Positions 26,001 to 41,000 of a DNA stretch of 64,000 nt are shown piece after piece. Source of the DNA: Haliotis cracherodii. Its lineage: Eukaryota. The notes under the pieces were generated by a model. The model had not been told where the DNA came from, did not search any database, and saw only the letters and a program-made list of their open reading frames with translations. Positions within the stretch are counted from its first letter, which is position 1, and each line of letters opens with the position of its first letter. The stretch spans positions 64,108,001-64,172,000 of the forward strand of contig NW_027266264.1 in NCBI RefSeq assembly GCF_022045235.1, written 5' to 3'. The position numbers and the translations under genes were made by a program.

Positions 26001-29000
26001 TGTTTATTTGTTGTTTAGCCCCGCACCCAGCCATATTCCAGCTATATGACGGCGGTCTGTTAATGAACGAGTTTGGACCAGACAGTCCAATGACTGACAT
26101 CATGAGCATCAATCTACGTCAATCTACGATGACATGCATCATCCAAGTCTGCGATCCTGACCACCTGATCCCGTATATAAATGTTCTGACATCTGATAGG
26201 TTACGCCAATTGGGTTGGTGGTTAAATGTATGTAGTCTTCGAAAAGATTTCAGCTACGTGTATACAGTACGTTGTCAAGCATTGTGTCCATCTGATCCTC
26301 ATGCTTCATCAATTTCCTGACAGCTATTAGAGGTAAATCAGCATATGTGACGTGTTGATCACTAACGTTTGCATTCTTTTTGTAAACAGAACGATTCATG
26401 AACACCCATTTCTAACTCTGTCGACATGTGCAGGTGGTTTATAGTTTGTGACGTCAGTATAATGGAAATTGATATAAATAATTTGGTTTTCGTTTTTTTG
26501 CGCTGATGCTTGCATTAATCTTATAACGAAAAAGACAGTCTAATCGTTGTTCACCACAGTGCTATATGTCTCCCACTCTTTTAGATTTGAGACGGAAAAC
26601 CACCGTTATCTCATTATTCCATTAGCTTTTCATTCATTCATTCCTGTATGGACACTGCAGATATCAACATAAGAAACTATTACTCTGCGGAAGGCAACTT
26701 CTTCATATATCACATGACCCTTCATGACAAATTGATAGACCTGGATTGTCAGTTTTGCTTTAGTATCAGATGATTATATACATGAAATGGTTCTGTTAAA
26801 TTCCAGATACTGTTACAAAATGCCATTTCTTTTATGGCAGAATTGTAACTCACTACTGACAAAAATGATGTCCAATGCTATTCCCTAGTATTTTCAGGTT
26901 AACAATTGACTTGCCTTTACATGTGTTTGCGAACGGTGCCACATGAGGGGCACGGTACGCTCACATTTTGGCGAACACCTGGTATAATGACTATATTCTG
27001 TTGATTCATGAATCCTTGTTCAGGATATGGTCGGAATCGTACAAAGGACTCCATTATAGAAATGCTTTTATTTTGATGGTGCTGAAATATGTGTTTGACC
27101 ATACAAGTGAAATCTCCGAAAACTGATCGATTATTTAGCTCCGTTGTGGCGCATAGCATCATTAATACCCATCTCAGATCAAGTACTATTACTGAAACAC
27201 TTAAGTGGTCGTACTACTTTACCATACAATAGCCAACAGCATAGCACCAAGACGATTCATAGGTCCGTCTGCTGTCTTTGACTTCAGGATTTATTCACCT
27301 GTAAATTATTCCAGCGTACATTGGCTGTGAAAGGCATTCCTCCTAAACATTAAGTCTGCTGATCCAATCTCCCCGTCGACGTCCTTTATAGTCTAGGGCA
27401 ATGATCTTTGGCGTTAGGAGACTATTTCGCTATTTTCAAGCATTTCAATCTTGGCACCCCGTATGGTATACATTGAAAATATTTTGACAGAACGGAAGGA
27501 AGGAAAATATTTTAGAAACAAATGTCTTTTCTATTATTGAAGCAAGTTAAAGGTCAAACATAACGTAATTACTGCGATTGTTACGTCTTCATTGGAATGT
27601 AATATAAACTGAAGTAAAGTATAGGGCAGAGTACTCCGGGTACAACCAAGTGCAAGGATACTAACAATTATTTCGCCGACGCTTGTTATCTACCCGAACT
27701 TATATTGAAGGGATCTAACAAAATTATCCCCGGTAATAATAGAAAAAGTATTTTTACCTTGCAGGATGTACCACATGCGTGGTGAAAAAATATGCATGTT
27801 TTGAAAAAGTGTCCTTTTTGCTAGAACACCCCACCTGCCCCACGCGAAAAAATACATTTATGTTATCGTTTTAGCCAAAATAAGTGTTTGTTGTGCTCAA
27901 AATGTTACAGTTAATACTTACCGAAGCGTATTTGAAAAACAGACTTACTCCTAAATATAAACACTGCAGTGTTTAAACCCGAAATAAAATAAGTTCATAT
28001 CATGACAAATTAAGGTTGGCATATATGTCACTTCACTATAACAGAACGGTAAAGGTCAGTCCATTCAAACATTTGCAAAGGATGATTCAAGGAAAAAGCT
28101 TTCAAACTTCGAATTCTTACTTTTAGTCTGGAATCAATGTCTATCCTGGCAACACAACTGACGACAAACCCTGTCCACACCCCAGTACTGGGTTAACATG
28201 TACTAAAAAGCAATGAACTCTGTTGAAAAGTATGTTCCTTTCTGTATTTAAAGGTAAAATGAAATTACTCCCTTGTGCTGCTATTCATTCTCGACACAGG
28301 CGGTATAATTTAAACAGTTGGAATTCCGTGTCACTTGAACAACTTGGAATAATTGATTAGTAATTGCAAGGAGCAACACAGGTTTTCTGTTTCCAAATTC
28401 CTTTTGTTTGTGGACATGCTTTCGAACGATCAACAATTTTGCCCAGATTTCTTTCTGACAAATACACGAATCGATCTCGTGTTCATCGTATTCATGTTTG
28501 AAAGAAATGTTCAATCATGTATTTCTTTAGCTTGGATAAGTTAATTATAATATGTTTTATTATTACGATTTCAAAATACATAGTTTTGAATGGAGTAAAT
28601 CACTGTTTGGGTTATTATTTTCTTTTGTAATCTATCCATTATTTATCGTAGCGTCAGAACAATAAATAAATATTTGTGGTTTATAGATATACAATGTCAG
28701 CACGTAATTCCATGAAATCGTTGTTAGTGCTATTGCTGATTGTACCATACACAACATGTGTAACTTAATCAACATAATGTGCTTTCAAGGCTTTTTACAT
28801 GTTATGTTTGTAAAAACTGGCACATTTTCAGAATCTATTTTGCAGTCCATCTTACAGTAGCAACAGGTAAACACCTACACGTATATAAAAAATATAGAGA
28901 ACATTCCACACGCAGAGAGGAAGCATCAACAAAATCTAAAGCAGAGTGGTTACATGGTCGTGGTTACCAAAGATAAGGCTTTCTCCGTCACAACTGAGAC

Positions 29001-32000
29001 TCAGATACTAAACTTGAGTTGGATAAATTGGTTATTTCAAGTCTTATATCTATTGTTTTGTTTGCTTTCCCGTGGGGATTCCAGGTTAGAATTGATACCC
29101 AGCAACCTATGCTAATCGTAAGAGGCGACTTTAATGGATCGGATGGTCGGGCTCAGTGACTTTGGCGATGGCGTTGCAACGTACCAGGACAGCGAGGATC
29201 GATGCTTATGATATCGATTATTTATAGACCTTCGTTATATAGCTGGANNNNNNNNNNNNNNNNNNNNNNNNNNNNNNNNNNNNNNNNNNNNNNNNNNNNN
29301 NNNNNNNNNNNNNNNNNNNNNNNNNNNNNNNNNNNNNNNNNNNNNNNNNNNNNNNNNNNNNNNNNNNNNNNNNNNNNNNNNNNNNNNTTGATTATACTGC
29401 ATACATAACAGAACGCCAGTAAATAATCGAATCTGGGCAAGACATTTCAGCGGTTGTCAGTTTGATCACCGATCAAGGCCGTTACGATGACACAGAAACA
29501 GCCAGGTCACATTGAAACCACCCAATCCTCATTAGAAGTCTTTAACGACAGGAATACAAGAACTGGGGACCCGGAATCCCCATGGGGGGGGGCTTAGATG
29601 AATGGTCTCCCTACACGGTTTATTCCAGGATAACATTAAACCGGATTCAAAGGATGAGTACGTTCCCTGGAAGATGAAACACTGTAAGTCTCTATAAACT
29701 GCGGGTTAATCTGACGAAACGAATATAAAACAATTTTGAGGTTGAAAGGAACAAAGATAAAAAGGTCGTAAAGAAAGCGGCATCAGGAGCTAAGATTCAG
29801 TTTCGATTTTTGACGTTTGCTTTATTTTCTTGAGAATATCTTGTCCGTTAAAGATCTTGGCGTTTTCTTGAAGTTAAGGTAAGTCAGCTCTCAATAAATA
29901 AAGAAGATGAGCCAGTGCCATCTCCAAACGAAAGCGCATATGCACAAGGCTGTTACGCAGTGCAATGATTAATGACAGTGAGATAGCATTCCATTCCCAC
30001 ACAAACATGTTTAACTTGCAACAACGGTAATGGGGAAAGTGAAACCCACCTTATCAAATCATATACCGGTGTTAATTTCTCATATGCAGCTAGAGATAAG
30101 ATTCTACGTGCATGAAGGCAATAACCTGCATATGCGAGATCCCGTTGGATGGAGATATAACGCTCTGATATCAGGACATGTTTTAAGTCGTTTTAATGAC
30201 ACGAGATAAACAGACTATAAACATGACGTGAGATCTCGTCCTACGATGCTCCGCGTCCGTCTCACAGGGGAGATATGTACATGTGTAATCTTAGTTTGAT
30301 AACATAAATTTTAAGTGATGTCAGGCCCTTGGTTTCCGATGATTAACCGCGTACCTGCTGTGTTATGGGACTGCTAGTGACTGATTGCAGGGGCAAAATA
30401 TGTTTATTTTAAGCCACTTACATGTGATATTATTGGCGTTAGATAATTCGTCCCAAATCAACATACTTATTTTATATGGATGTATTAGTCATACAACTTG
30501 TAAGCCAAATATATGAAGAAAGAAAGAAAGGGCAGAGGAGTTAACGAAATAAACTTAGAAACAATTGAGAGGTAGGTATCTAGTCAAAACAAATACGCAG
30601 TTTAATCCCAGGGAATAATGTTCTCATGTTTTGCTTCAAGTAAAAGTCCTGGTACTTGTGTTTTATCGACATTGAAGTCGAAACTGTGAAATTATATGCC
30701 ATATAGATTAAAAGAATTCTAATTATTTATATTTCTCTACCCTGTTAAGGATATCATTATTTGTCTGACATCAATGTCTGGGTTTCTTTCACATGAACAC
30801 GTTCACATTGCCAGATGAATCCTTCTCTATCATAATGAATACGCCCTTGCACAAATCCAAATGTTTGATATATCGCTTCAGAGTATTATCAGAAAATCTG
30901 ATCTGGAAGAGAGACTGCTGGTAATCAGATCAGTTGTGGATTTTATTAACGACAAGGATAAGGAATGTGTTCTATGACCATGTTATTACATTATGCGTTA
31001 TCATTTATTTAGATCTGTGTATGTGTAAGCAACCCATGCTTGCCGTAAAAAGCGACTATGCTTGTCGTAAAAGGCGACTAACGGGATCGGGTGGTCAGGC
31101 GCGCTGACTTGTCAGGTTGCTGCATGTCATCGTATCCCGATCGCGTGGATCGATGCTCATGATGTCAATAACTTGATTGTCTGGTCCAGACTCGATTATT
31201 TACAGACCGCCGTCATATAGCTTTAATATTGCTGAGTGCGACGTTAAACAACAAACAAACAAAGAAACAAAACAAAATGTATATGTATATGTATGGAGAT
31301 TGTGTATTTCCCTTTATCGTCTTCACAAATGAAAGTTAAATTAGAAATCAGACTGGAAAACGTTAAGCATCAAGTCCTATAGTTTCATACAAAGTAACTA
31401 ATTTCAAATTCGTTTCCTGTATTAACTTTCCAACGAAACGTATTTATTTGTTTTCATAATCTTACATTCACAAACCAAAATCGATCTACTGACATATTTA
31501 GTATTTGTTCTATGACAACAGTTTTTTACTACTCAACTGCTTACTCTGCTTCTTTCCCCAGCCGCGTCATACCAAAAGACATTTAAAGATGGTGCTTGTT
31601 GTTACCCTGTCTGGCGCTCGGCATTAAGGGGCTAAAACAAGGACTGGTCGGCTCGGAGTCAGTATACTGTGTCTGATTGGGGTATTTATGTTAAACTTCG
31701 GCATGGTATCTCAGTGTGCTAGCACTATAAATCGGCGTCAGTCCGGACTAGTACAAGCAGCCACACAAACACACACACACATACACGTCGCTATATAAGT
31801 GCAATAATCTTGGACGCGACGTTAAACCCCATTTCACCTCACCTACTCTGCTTGTTTGCATGTCACTGGCATATACATGTAACTTAGTGCTTGCGTCCAC
31901 CCTGGAGAACACACAGCATCCTCTTTTCAGCAGGTATCTTTGATGTCTAAGGTATTTATCAAAATTAGATCAACGCCACATGCAGATATTTCCAAAAGAT

Positions 32001-35000
32001 ACATGACAGTTTTGGATATACGGCAGTAAAAATGAATTGTCAATGCAAGAGTTTATCAGTCTAGATTATCTGCCGTTACAGTTTCCTTTTGGCGTACAGA
32101 AATAAATAGCTGTGAAAAATATACAAATGAAACGCTGCAAATTAGTGACACCAGGAGTTCGCGAAAAGGGTAAGCATGTCCTACCCTAAAGAAGGGATGG
32201 TATTTACGTGTTTTACAGGTGTATAACACTAGGTACAGGTAGTAACTGCACATTGTAAACACATATCAAGACTGCGAAATATTTTGCGAGAAAACTATTC
32301 CATTGTTAACCATCTGGATACTGTGACATCTCCACTAATCTAATTTACCGTACACGCAATGTAATTTGGACAACAATTACATCTGGGGAATGAATTAACA
32401 CAGCCACCCAGCTGGACAAATGAGAACAGGCACTTGGGCACTAACTAACATAATGCTTTGATCTTTATTTTTATGTGGAAAATTGCAGCTAAATGCTGAA
32501 ATCTCTGCACGCAATCACGTTTCAACGTTGAATTGGGTCAATATCGTGGATTCATACGGAATAATCATGGGAAGTCTGGGATGGAATACATTATTATGAA
32601 TGTTATTACATGTGTCATTCTGTTTCGTTCATGAGATGGATGCGGAATCGAAAGTTTTATTAGATGACTTGGACAGTGAATGTTGTCACTTCATGACTAG
32701 AAAGCATAAGCATATTCGTTATAATTATCAGGTAAGAAACTGAACATTATATTTATATTTTTAAATACAACTGATTATAAAACGCAATTGTAATACCTCA
32801 CACTGACGCACGCATGCTTCATAAGGACTGTCACAGAAATATCAAACACATAATTTTCTTATTTGTTAATTGTAACCAGAATTATCAATCAAATATCGAT
32901 GTAGGGAGTCTTCAGGTGATGACATGCAGGTAAGAAAACAATGGATAATTATTTACATGAAATACGTGAGAGATATTTTACACCATAGTCACCGTAATCG
33001 TCTCTTGATAAAGGACACAATTGACAATCGAAACAATATCACCATCAAACTCCCATTTGGATCGGCTCTTACGAATAATGTACAGACACCTTCGCGCGGA
33101 AGACTTTTGAAAAGAAAATACCTGTTCCCTACACATAGATACACGTACACATCGTCATTGAATATACTAATGTCATATCAATTCATCATATGAATTAAGA
33201 ATTTGGGACAAGGCCAAGTGAGCTTTTCGTATTTCGTTTATTATGTTTGCAAATTCTTGATGACCTTGTACACGTTGAAGCATCACTCTAATAAAACTCC
33301 AACACTTTTTATTTTTCCAGAAGCAACACCTGTCCAAACACAACGTTATTTCCAGGATGAAAAGAAAGCTTTTCGAGATAAATTCCTCCTGAACCATTAT
33401 TTGTCTACGGTAGTATTACCACGATATGTCTACACTAGAGTGATATAGTGAAGTCATTACACTGGGATATTGAAATGCTGCTGTGTCTCGTCCCAACCTG
33501 AAGACGAAGGAGGTTCAGATGCCACCCTGTGCTTACATAACGAGAACTGCGTAGACAGGTAAACAAGGCCTGTTTAAGGACATTGGAAAGCACAAATAAA
33601 CCTTTAGAATCCTACCTTGCATAAACATTTCACTTTCGGTGTGTCGACATAAAACCTGACACTAAAATATCTGACATTCATACAGCTATATCTTCATTGT
33701 ACGTTTGTAAAATAGTATATGTTTTCAGGGACTAATCATTAAAGTTTGTACAATTCATTTGTTACCCAGAAAAGATGACGATGATTTGTAACCGAGCTTT
33801 TGCATAAAATGAAACATATACCTTTATACTCTATTCAATTGAAACCTTCAACTGGAACCTCATAAAGCGTTTAAGCACGCAAGAAATCTCTGATCGTGGG
33901 TTCGAATCCCGGTTCGCCCTTGTTATATTTTACCATACTCGTGTTCGTGAGTTTCACAACAGTGGTAAACGTCTAAGATCTGCATCACTTCGGGTTTTCC
34001 TCCAACATCACGCTGACACGCCGTGAAAAACTGGATACTTGTTCAAAGCGGGGTAAAACCACCTTCCCAAGGCAAGGGAGTTAACTGCAATATAAAAATC
34101 CAGTTTCCACCCTTGCCGAACAAGACTGGAATTATGGAGTTATATTTTGGCTGGACTGAAATCGACAACCGGTTCGTAAACTGCCGTGCAGATTTCGGTC
34201 GATTGCAGGATTTGCAAAGCATGTGTCCCCTCAACTTAGCGTCACATCTTTTCATGTTTTTAATCAAGGTGCTCACGTGATCTGATGCACTTCGCAAAGA
34301 AAGACCCGTTTAATTACAAAATAGACCTTGATTATCGAACAGATTGTCTTGACTGGGCGCCGCCATTTTGCTTGAAGCAAATGTAAGTGATATGAGAAGT
34401 GGAATCTGATTGGTCAATAGAAGGGACATGACTCGTTATAGCCACTGGTGACATTTCGATCGAGCCGAGACATTCCATCCAAGTTCGGCAAGGGTGGTAA
34501 CTGGTCAGTTAACTCCCTACCTCGGGAAGATGCGTTAAACCCTACTCACGCACTCATACAGCGTTTTCACTGAATAATGAAACACGACTTCTTACGACCA
34601 TGGGTATTTCGACACGAATATTAATGTCCACTGCTGTCGAAAAATATTAACTGTCAGAGCATTATGCTTTTACATTAATTCATGGACATACATTCTGAAC
34701 TTTTGATATAATTAACTGTAAACGTGATTTCAACGTATTATTTATTCTTGGACATAAATGAGTTATTTAGAAGCATGTTATCAACTTTTGAAGAGCCAGA
34801 TACGTCTGTTTTGAAATGTGCGTGATTAACCAGATTCAATGAACGAGAATAAATTGGAGATGTATAAAAGCGTCTGCATTGTTTGACATCAAAGAATGAT
34901 GGCGTTTTCGATCATAACATGTTTGCTCAACTCTCTCACGTACCTCAACTCAAGATGTTTTTGTCAAAAATGAATATAAATCAGTAATCCAGCTTAAGTC

Positions 35001-38000
35001 AAACTAACTATTTAAATCAGGGGCAGGTTATTGTGATTTGACACCCACTGATTCACTATCAGAATCGATAAGGGGCAGTTGGGGTAGCGTATAGTGGCTA
35101 AAGCGTTCGCTCGTCACGTCAAAGACCCGGGTTCGATTCCCCACATGGGTACAATGTGTGAAGCCTAGATCTGATGTTCCCCGCTGATACATTATTGAAA
35201 TATAGCTGAAGCGGCGTAAAACCATATTCACTCACTCACTCACTCACAGTCGATAATTGTTTTAAGTCATGGCAGAAAGGTATTTACAATGTACCAAATA
35301 TACATACATGTAACAGTACCAATTTGCTCTCTATAACATGTTGTATTTTTCTGTTAATGAACATGTCTTAGTAATGTGGATACCGGTTTAAATTTGTATC
35401 TATATTTGTAGAGAACCGCTGAAATGAATGGTAATTTCTACTGAGTACCTATTAGACTTGGTGATTACTATGATAGCTTGTCTGTATCAGTTGCCGGCCA
35501 TAGGTTACGAATCTGGTTTCTCACAGCCATCGCAAGTCGCCGTGTCATAAGTGAAAAAGCCCTGAGATACTTTAGATAACTAAAGTTTTTGGACAGAAGC
35601 TTTTATTCTGCGTAAAGTGACGACATATACGCCAAAGGCTAACTGACTAAGAAACCACTATTTGTCGCAAGCTAACAAGAACACACAAGGCATCGGGAGC
35701 ATTCATAAGTGTCAGAACCTCAAGAATATGTTCTCAGACAAGTCGTGTTAAAACACAATATATATTCTGGTATTCTTGGAATTTCATTGTGTACACAACG
35801 TACTGTTGAGACATGAGGCTACTGAATGCACTGTTGGCATCTTGTCTAGACACATGTTGCTTTCCCAGCCGTATGGTGACACCTTATTGTTTTCTTCGAT
35901 GGCACTTGTATCATCTCCTTCAACCAATGTCCACTATGCTTTTGATTTGCATTCCCGTCTCGTCTGAGCATATCCATGAAGGACGCAATCTGTCCGAGAC
36001 ATCGTCATTCCCGTCCGTGCCAGGTCGAGACCTGACAACTGCTCCTTTAAAGCTGACTGACGTGTAGGGTCCTCCCAATTGTAAATGTTAGCTTTGACAT
36101 CGATCCTGTGTCACAGGAATATTAGGAACGACAGGTCAAGACTTGATGGCGTATGGTGAATTTAACAAACTGCTGCTTTCAGAGAAAAACACGCAACCCA
36201 CGGAATTGCTTTTGTCTTTCAGGGTGTTACATGTTAGCATTCACGCTTTCCACGGGAAGCAGGCACCGCTGTAATGAATAAATCTGGCGACTCAAGAGAG
36301 GAGCCATCGTCTTACTGAAGACCTCAAACGAAATCGATTGCACAGCATTAAGCCTTCAAAACAATCCATGAAATCCTTGCATTTTTTCCACAGGTTTCAC
36401 ACTGATTGCATAGTTAACGTTGATAACATCACTTCATCATCCTAAACAAGCACCTTTAAAAAATAAATGTAACGTCGTCTGTTCACATATGACCTTACCC
36501 TTTCATGTTTGACATGTTTAGTTTACCCACGTAATAATCCAAGCGTTTTCAAAACATTCCATAGTTTGACCAAAAGACCAGAATCGAAGGAATATTGACA
36601 GGGTTGGGTTCGCTTCTTCAAGATTGTTGTTCAATTTCCTTTTTATGGAATATGCATCTTATACTTAGTAACACGTTCATCTAGGATGCTGTGGAATACT
36701 ATGGAATATATGTCTAATACTTAGTAAGACGTTAATAATGGCCGAAACCATCGGTATGTCATCTAGGATGCTATGGAATATTATGGAATATATGTCTAAT
36801 ACTTAGTAAGACGTTATTAATGGTAGACACCATCGGTAGAACATCTAGAATGCTATGGAATTTATGGAATATATGTCTAATACTTAGTAAGACGTTAATA
36901 ATGGTAAAAATCATCGGTATGTCATCTAGGATGCTATGGGGTATTATGGAATATATGTCTAATACTTAGTAAGACGTTATTAATGGTCGACACCATCGGT
37001 TCGGTTGTTAAACGTTGTTTGATATTCAAGCGTTTCTAACGTTCCATTTCTTAAACGAATTCACATTCTTACCATGAATTTAATAGTGAAATTGTATTCA
37101 AAGGTTTTTATCTAACATAGTACAAACTGTCCATGTACAGACGCCTTATCCGTTTTCTTCAGACGAGATACAACATATGCATCGTGGTGTCTAAAACAGG
37201 TTAGGTAATGTATAAAGAATGGCACGCCGAAAACGTTCCAATTACGAATCTAGTAATTCCTATAAAATCTTAATGCCAATAGCAAAAGTTATCAAAATCC
37301 GAATGTAAAATGTATAACATAATACGGCATCGATTCACTTTGATTTCTATCTATCTATTTGATGTATTTCCTCCCGTATTTGGCATCTGCCATCTTTTAA
37401 GTAAGTGCGTATGTTTATCAAAATGTCATCGAGGTTGGGTAGATATATCACAAATGGAAGACTTTTTGGGTCGAAACAGTTCTGAAATAACGCCTTTTTA
37501 AAAATCAATCTTGATTATACATGTACAACAGAGGCTCTGTGTCCTGTTGCATATAGTCATACACTAGCCTTCATGCATTTCCCAAACAAGATTCTGGGTC
37601 AATTTGCCCTCGGGGATGTTCCCACTGCGGCCCTCGTAAGTGTCTAGGCATTACGCTGGAACGATTTTGTTCCAATGGGTCGAGGCCTAGCAAAGCGACC
37701 ATACGACAACATGATCATACGTCTATGCTGAAGTTCGTTACGCCAGTCATAGCGCTAATTTCGCTTTGTGGAACGGGACCCTGGACTCCCAAGAATGTCC
37801 TAACTCTGCCTGCATAAGTTGGTGCCATTGATTTGGCAGGCTATAGAGGATGTTGGCCATGTTGACACAATGATGGAATATGCTTCTCTCTGGCTCCTGG
37901 CCGTGTTTGCGTTTTGTTCCAGTGTGTGCAGAGAGCCACAATTAGATTAGGCATTAATAAGCTGGACATTCTACGTATTGATGGAGAACTAGCCTTTGTA

Positions 38001-41000
38001 CCCCAGTTACATCTGGGAAAGGAATGCTGCGATTTTACCCCTCCTGCTTAAGATGGATAACGATTTCAGTGGTTAATGTAGTAATGCTATCGGTTAGTTC
38101 AAACAAATTTCTTGTGGAACTAACGATTAAACCGAACACTGACATCTTGTATCTTGAGAAACATGACCACTGTCGGAGTGAGACAATGCGAGACTTGGTC
38201 CAAAGTGTGCCAGTATTGGACTACGGAGCCTGGTCTTTGTCCGAGGAGCAAACGTATATGAAACACTTGTCGAGGTGCAGCATCCTCCTTAGATGAGATG
38301 GGTATTTAGTGTTACTTATAAATTATGTTCACGTCAGAAGAAAATTTAAAAATTTAGAGATTAAACCGTTTATATCATTTAAGCAGGTATTGATCACAAT
38401 GATTATTTTATACCGAAATTTGTCACACACACGTTCTTTAACAACGCCATGGCACAAAGGGACATTCGTGTCTCGGTCATTCTGTGGCAAAAATCCCAAA
38501 ATAACAACTAGAGACAGAAGCCACAAATAAAGTTTGTCTTTGGCGTCTTATAATGATACGCATACTTATCAATGACACGTTGGGGGAAAACATTCCACAA
38601 ACTCATATCTAACAATGAAATTGTGTATTCGTTTTCCTATCAAGTGCAAGGAAACGTAAATTCATTTTAATAAACAAATGATAAATTCTGATATTGAATT
38701 AACTTTATTGACAGTGTAATTGGTATATGCTTCTTAGAACACATTGAATAAAACATAAAACGTTTAGAAGAGACTAACCAGTCTCGATTATCCGACGAAA
38801 ACAGATTCCATTGGGCGTAAAAGCAAAATCGCAGTGAAAATGATATGAATGGATCACTGAAAATCAGTGAGGAAACAGTGATGAAACGATGAGATTTATG
38901 CACGTTACAATGAACGTACTGAGCCCTTAGTCAATACAGCCTCAATAATCCTGTTCTCAAAGATTAGAATGGCGTCAAAGTGATGCGAGCTAAAATGTAA
39001 ATCCTTTGCCATATAATTGGTTCTGATTACCTCTTTGTTCAAATTGGAATTGGTAATTCAAACCAGTTGCTTTTGTGTCCTTCATCATTCAGATCAGAGT
39101 GATTGCATGCCAACTGATAATAAAAAACCTGATTTGGCACGGTTCAGCCAAAGTATTCTTATTCTGTTCAGCCTTTGCTCTTTAAATGCCTTTGCCAACC
39201 CGAACACAATATCTATATGATGTTTGTCCGAGGAAAGGACAAGAGGATGAAATTAGTCTTTGAGGTCTCCTACCTTACCTTCCTTAATGTACCAAAGACT
39301 CATGGATTGTTATTTGATTATATGATTACTGATAAAGGAGTTTACATTCCGAACAGTACAACGGGAGCAATTAGTAAGCTTCCTTTATTTGACCTCTCCA
39401 AATACGAAGGACGATATGAAGTGAACTTCCGCTCAAGACGCTGGTATGACACCCGCCCCCAAAATAACCGTTAATGGGCATTCCAGACAACCAAGAGGAG
39501 TAGATAGATATCTGAGTTTTTAGAGCAAGTGAACTAACATCTGGACTTGGAATTTGTGTACTTGCAGGTAGTTCGAGCTAATACTCCAATGCATCAGTTT
39601 GATGTTCATAGGTTAACGAAAGCATGCACATTTCCCTCTCAGAATACAGATACTCTTCCTCTAAAAAGACTTAATAAGTAATAACAGTTGAACATGTTGA
39701 TCCTGTATTTTCTCTAATCTTGGATAAGACATATATAATGGTGAACAATATAAAACGGATTTTCTTCTATTTAAGAATGAACATGTTTGGCATAATAACA
39801 TAATGCTTTAATTTCTCTTATNNNNNNNNNNNNNNNNNNNNNNNNNNNNNNNNNNNNNNNNNNNNNNNNNNNNNNNNNNNNNNNNNNNNNNNNNNNNNNN
39901 NNNNNNNNNNNNNNNNNNNNNNNNNNNNNNNNNNNNNNNNNNNNNNNNNNNNNNNNNNNNNNNNNTTGACTTTTACTTTGTGTGAGTTCATTGGCATATG
40001 AGCCCTAATGAAGTGTGGGCCAAGCTGTAAGCACATCCAATGAAGGTTCGTACTCCAGTCATGTAAAGTTCGCCTAAATAAATTATTTATATGTTATTAC
40101 TTCCCCGTAATCTCATCAGATCATCTGTATCATATGACGACTCGTGTTCAATTTCCCAGTACATATATTGAACAGAAAGTGTTAACTAGTTCAACATGGC
40201 TTAAATATGACTTCAAACACGTTCAGACAAAACGTTCTTCTTTAAGGTAATCCGGTTATTCTGCATGTATTCCATCATAATTCCATCTACATCAATATTG
40301 TACATAAAATCCTTTGTGTGACGGTCGACAAAGGAAACAGATGGCTCATTTCTATTGAGCCACATTTCACTGAACCTCAAGAATGAAACCGATTAAGTCG
40401 ATGTCGTCAAGTCATGTCACGAATTCCACGTCAAAGCAGAACCATGTTGATAGTGGAGAAGACGTATGCTCTTTCAACTCTGTCTGGGAGAGTCACGCAG
40501 AACACCATGTGACATTTCAACTTCCGGTTTAGGGATATTGACATTAGCATTTCCGACCATTACTGCCAGCGGCCATTACAAGGTAGAACATTCGAGATCA
40601 GAGAGCAGCGAACTGGCAATGTCAGGGGTGGCCATAATGTCCAGAGATAAATTGTGCTCATCGAGAATCGAAAAGTGAAATGCAGTGTCACAATTTCCTA
40701 TCAATAAAACTCGCGGTCCTTACAATGGCTATCCTTGGATGTTGTTCACCTCATCCATTCCCATCAAAGCAAACATCCCAACCTGCATCGCTAGACCCAG
40801 TTTGTTACGAGGCCAGTACAAAGGCTCCACTTTGTTTACACAAACATAATGGGTTAGCGTTACATTTGCCCTCTGTTGTGCTAATAAAACATCGACATTT
40901 GCGTAAGAAGGGAACGATTATTTTACGATCGAACATTTCCTTCGTTTTGACTTGACTTGTTGGGCTACTTGCTCGGCGTCAGTTGGCAAACATCATTCGA

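Noticed and set aside
35072-35145. tRNA gene (also 5215-5288, 43826-43891, 61600-61696)
   Set aside because: A/B boxes run into shared SINE bodies and tails, several with TSDs; no proper acceptor stem.
36000-36085. GPY/F-like integrase motif on the minus strand (W-x-GPY)
   Set aside because: Only a few residues, needing a frameshift; no other LTR-element features nearby.
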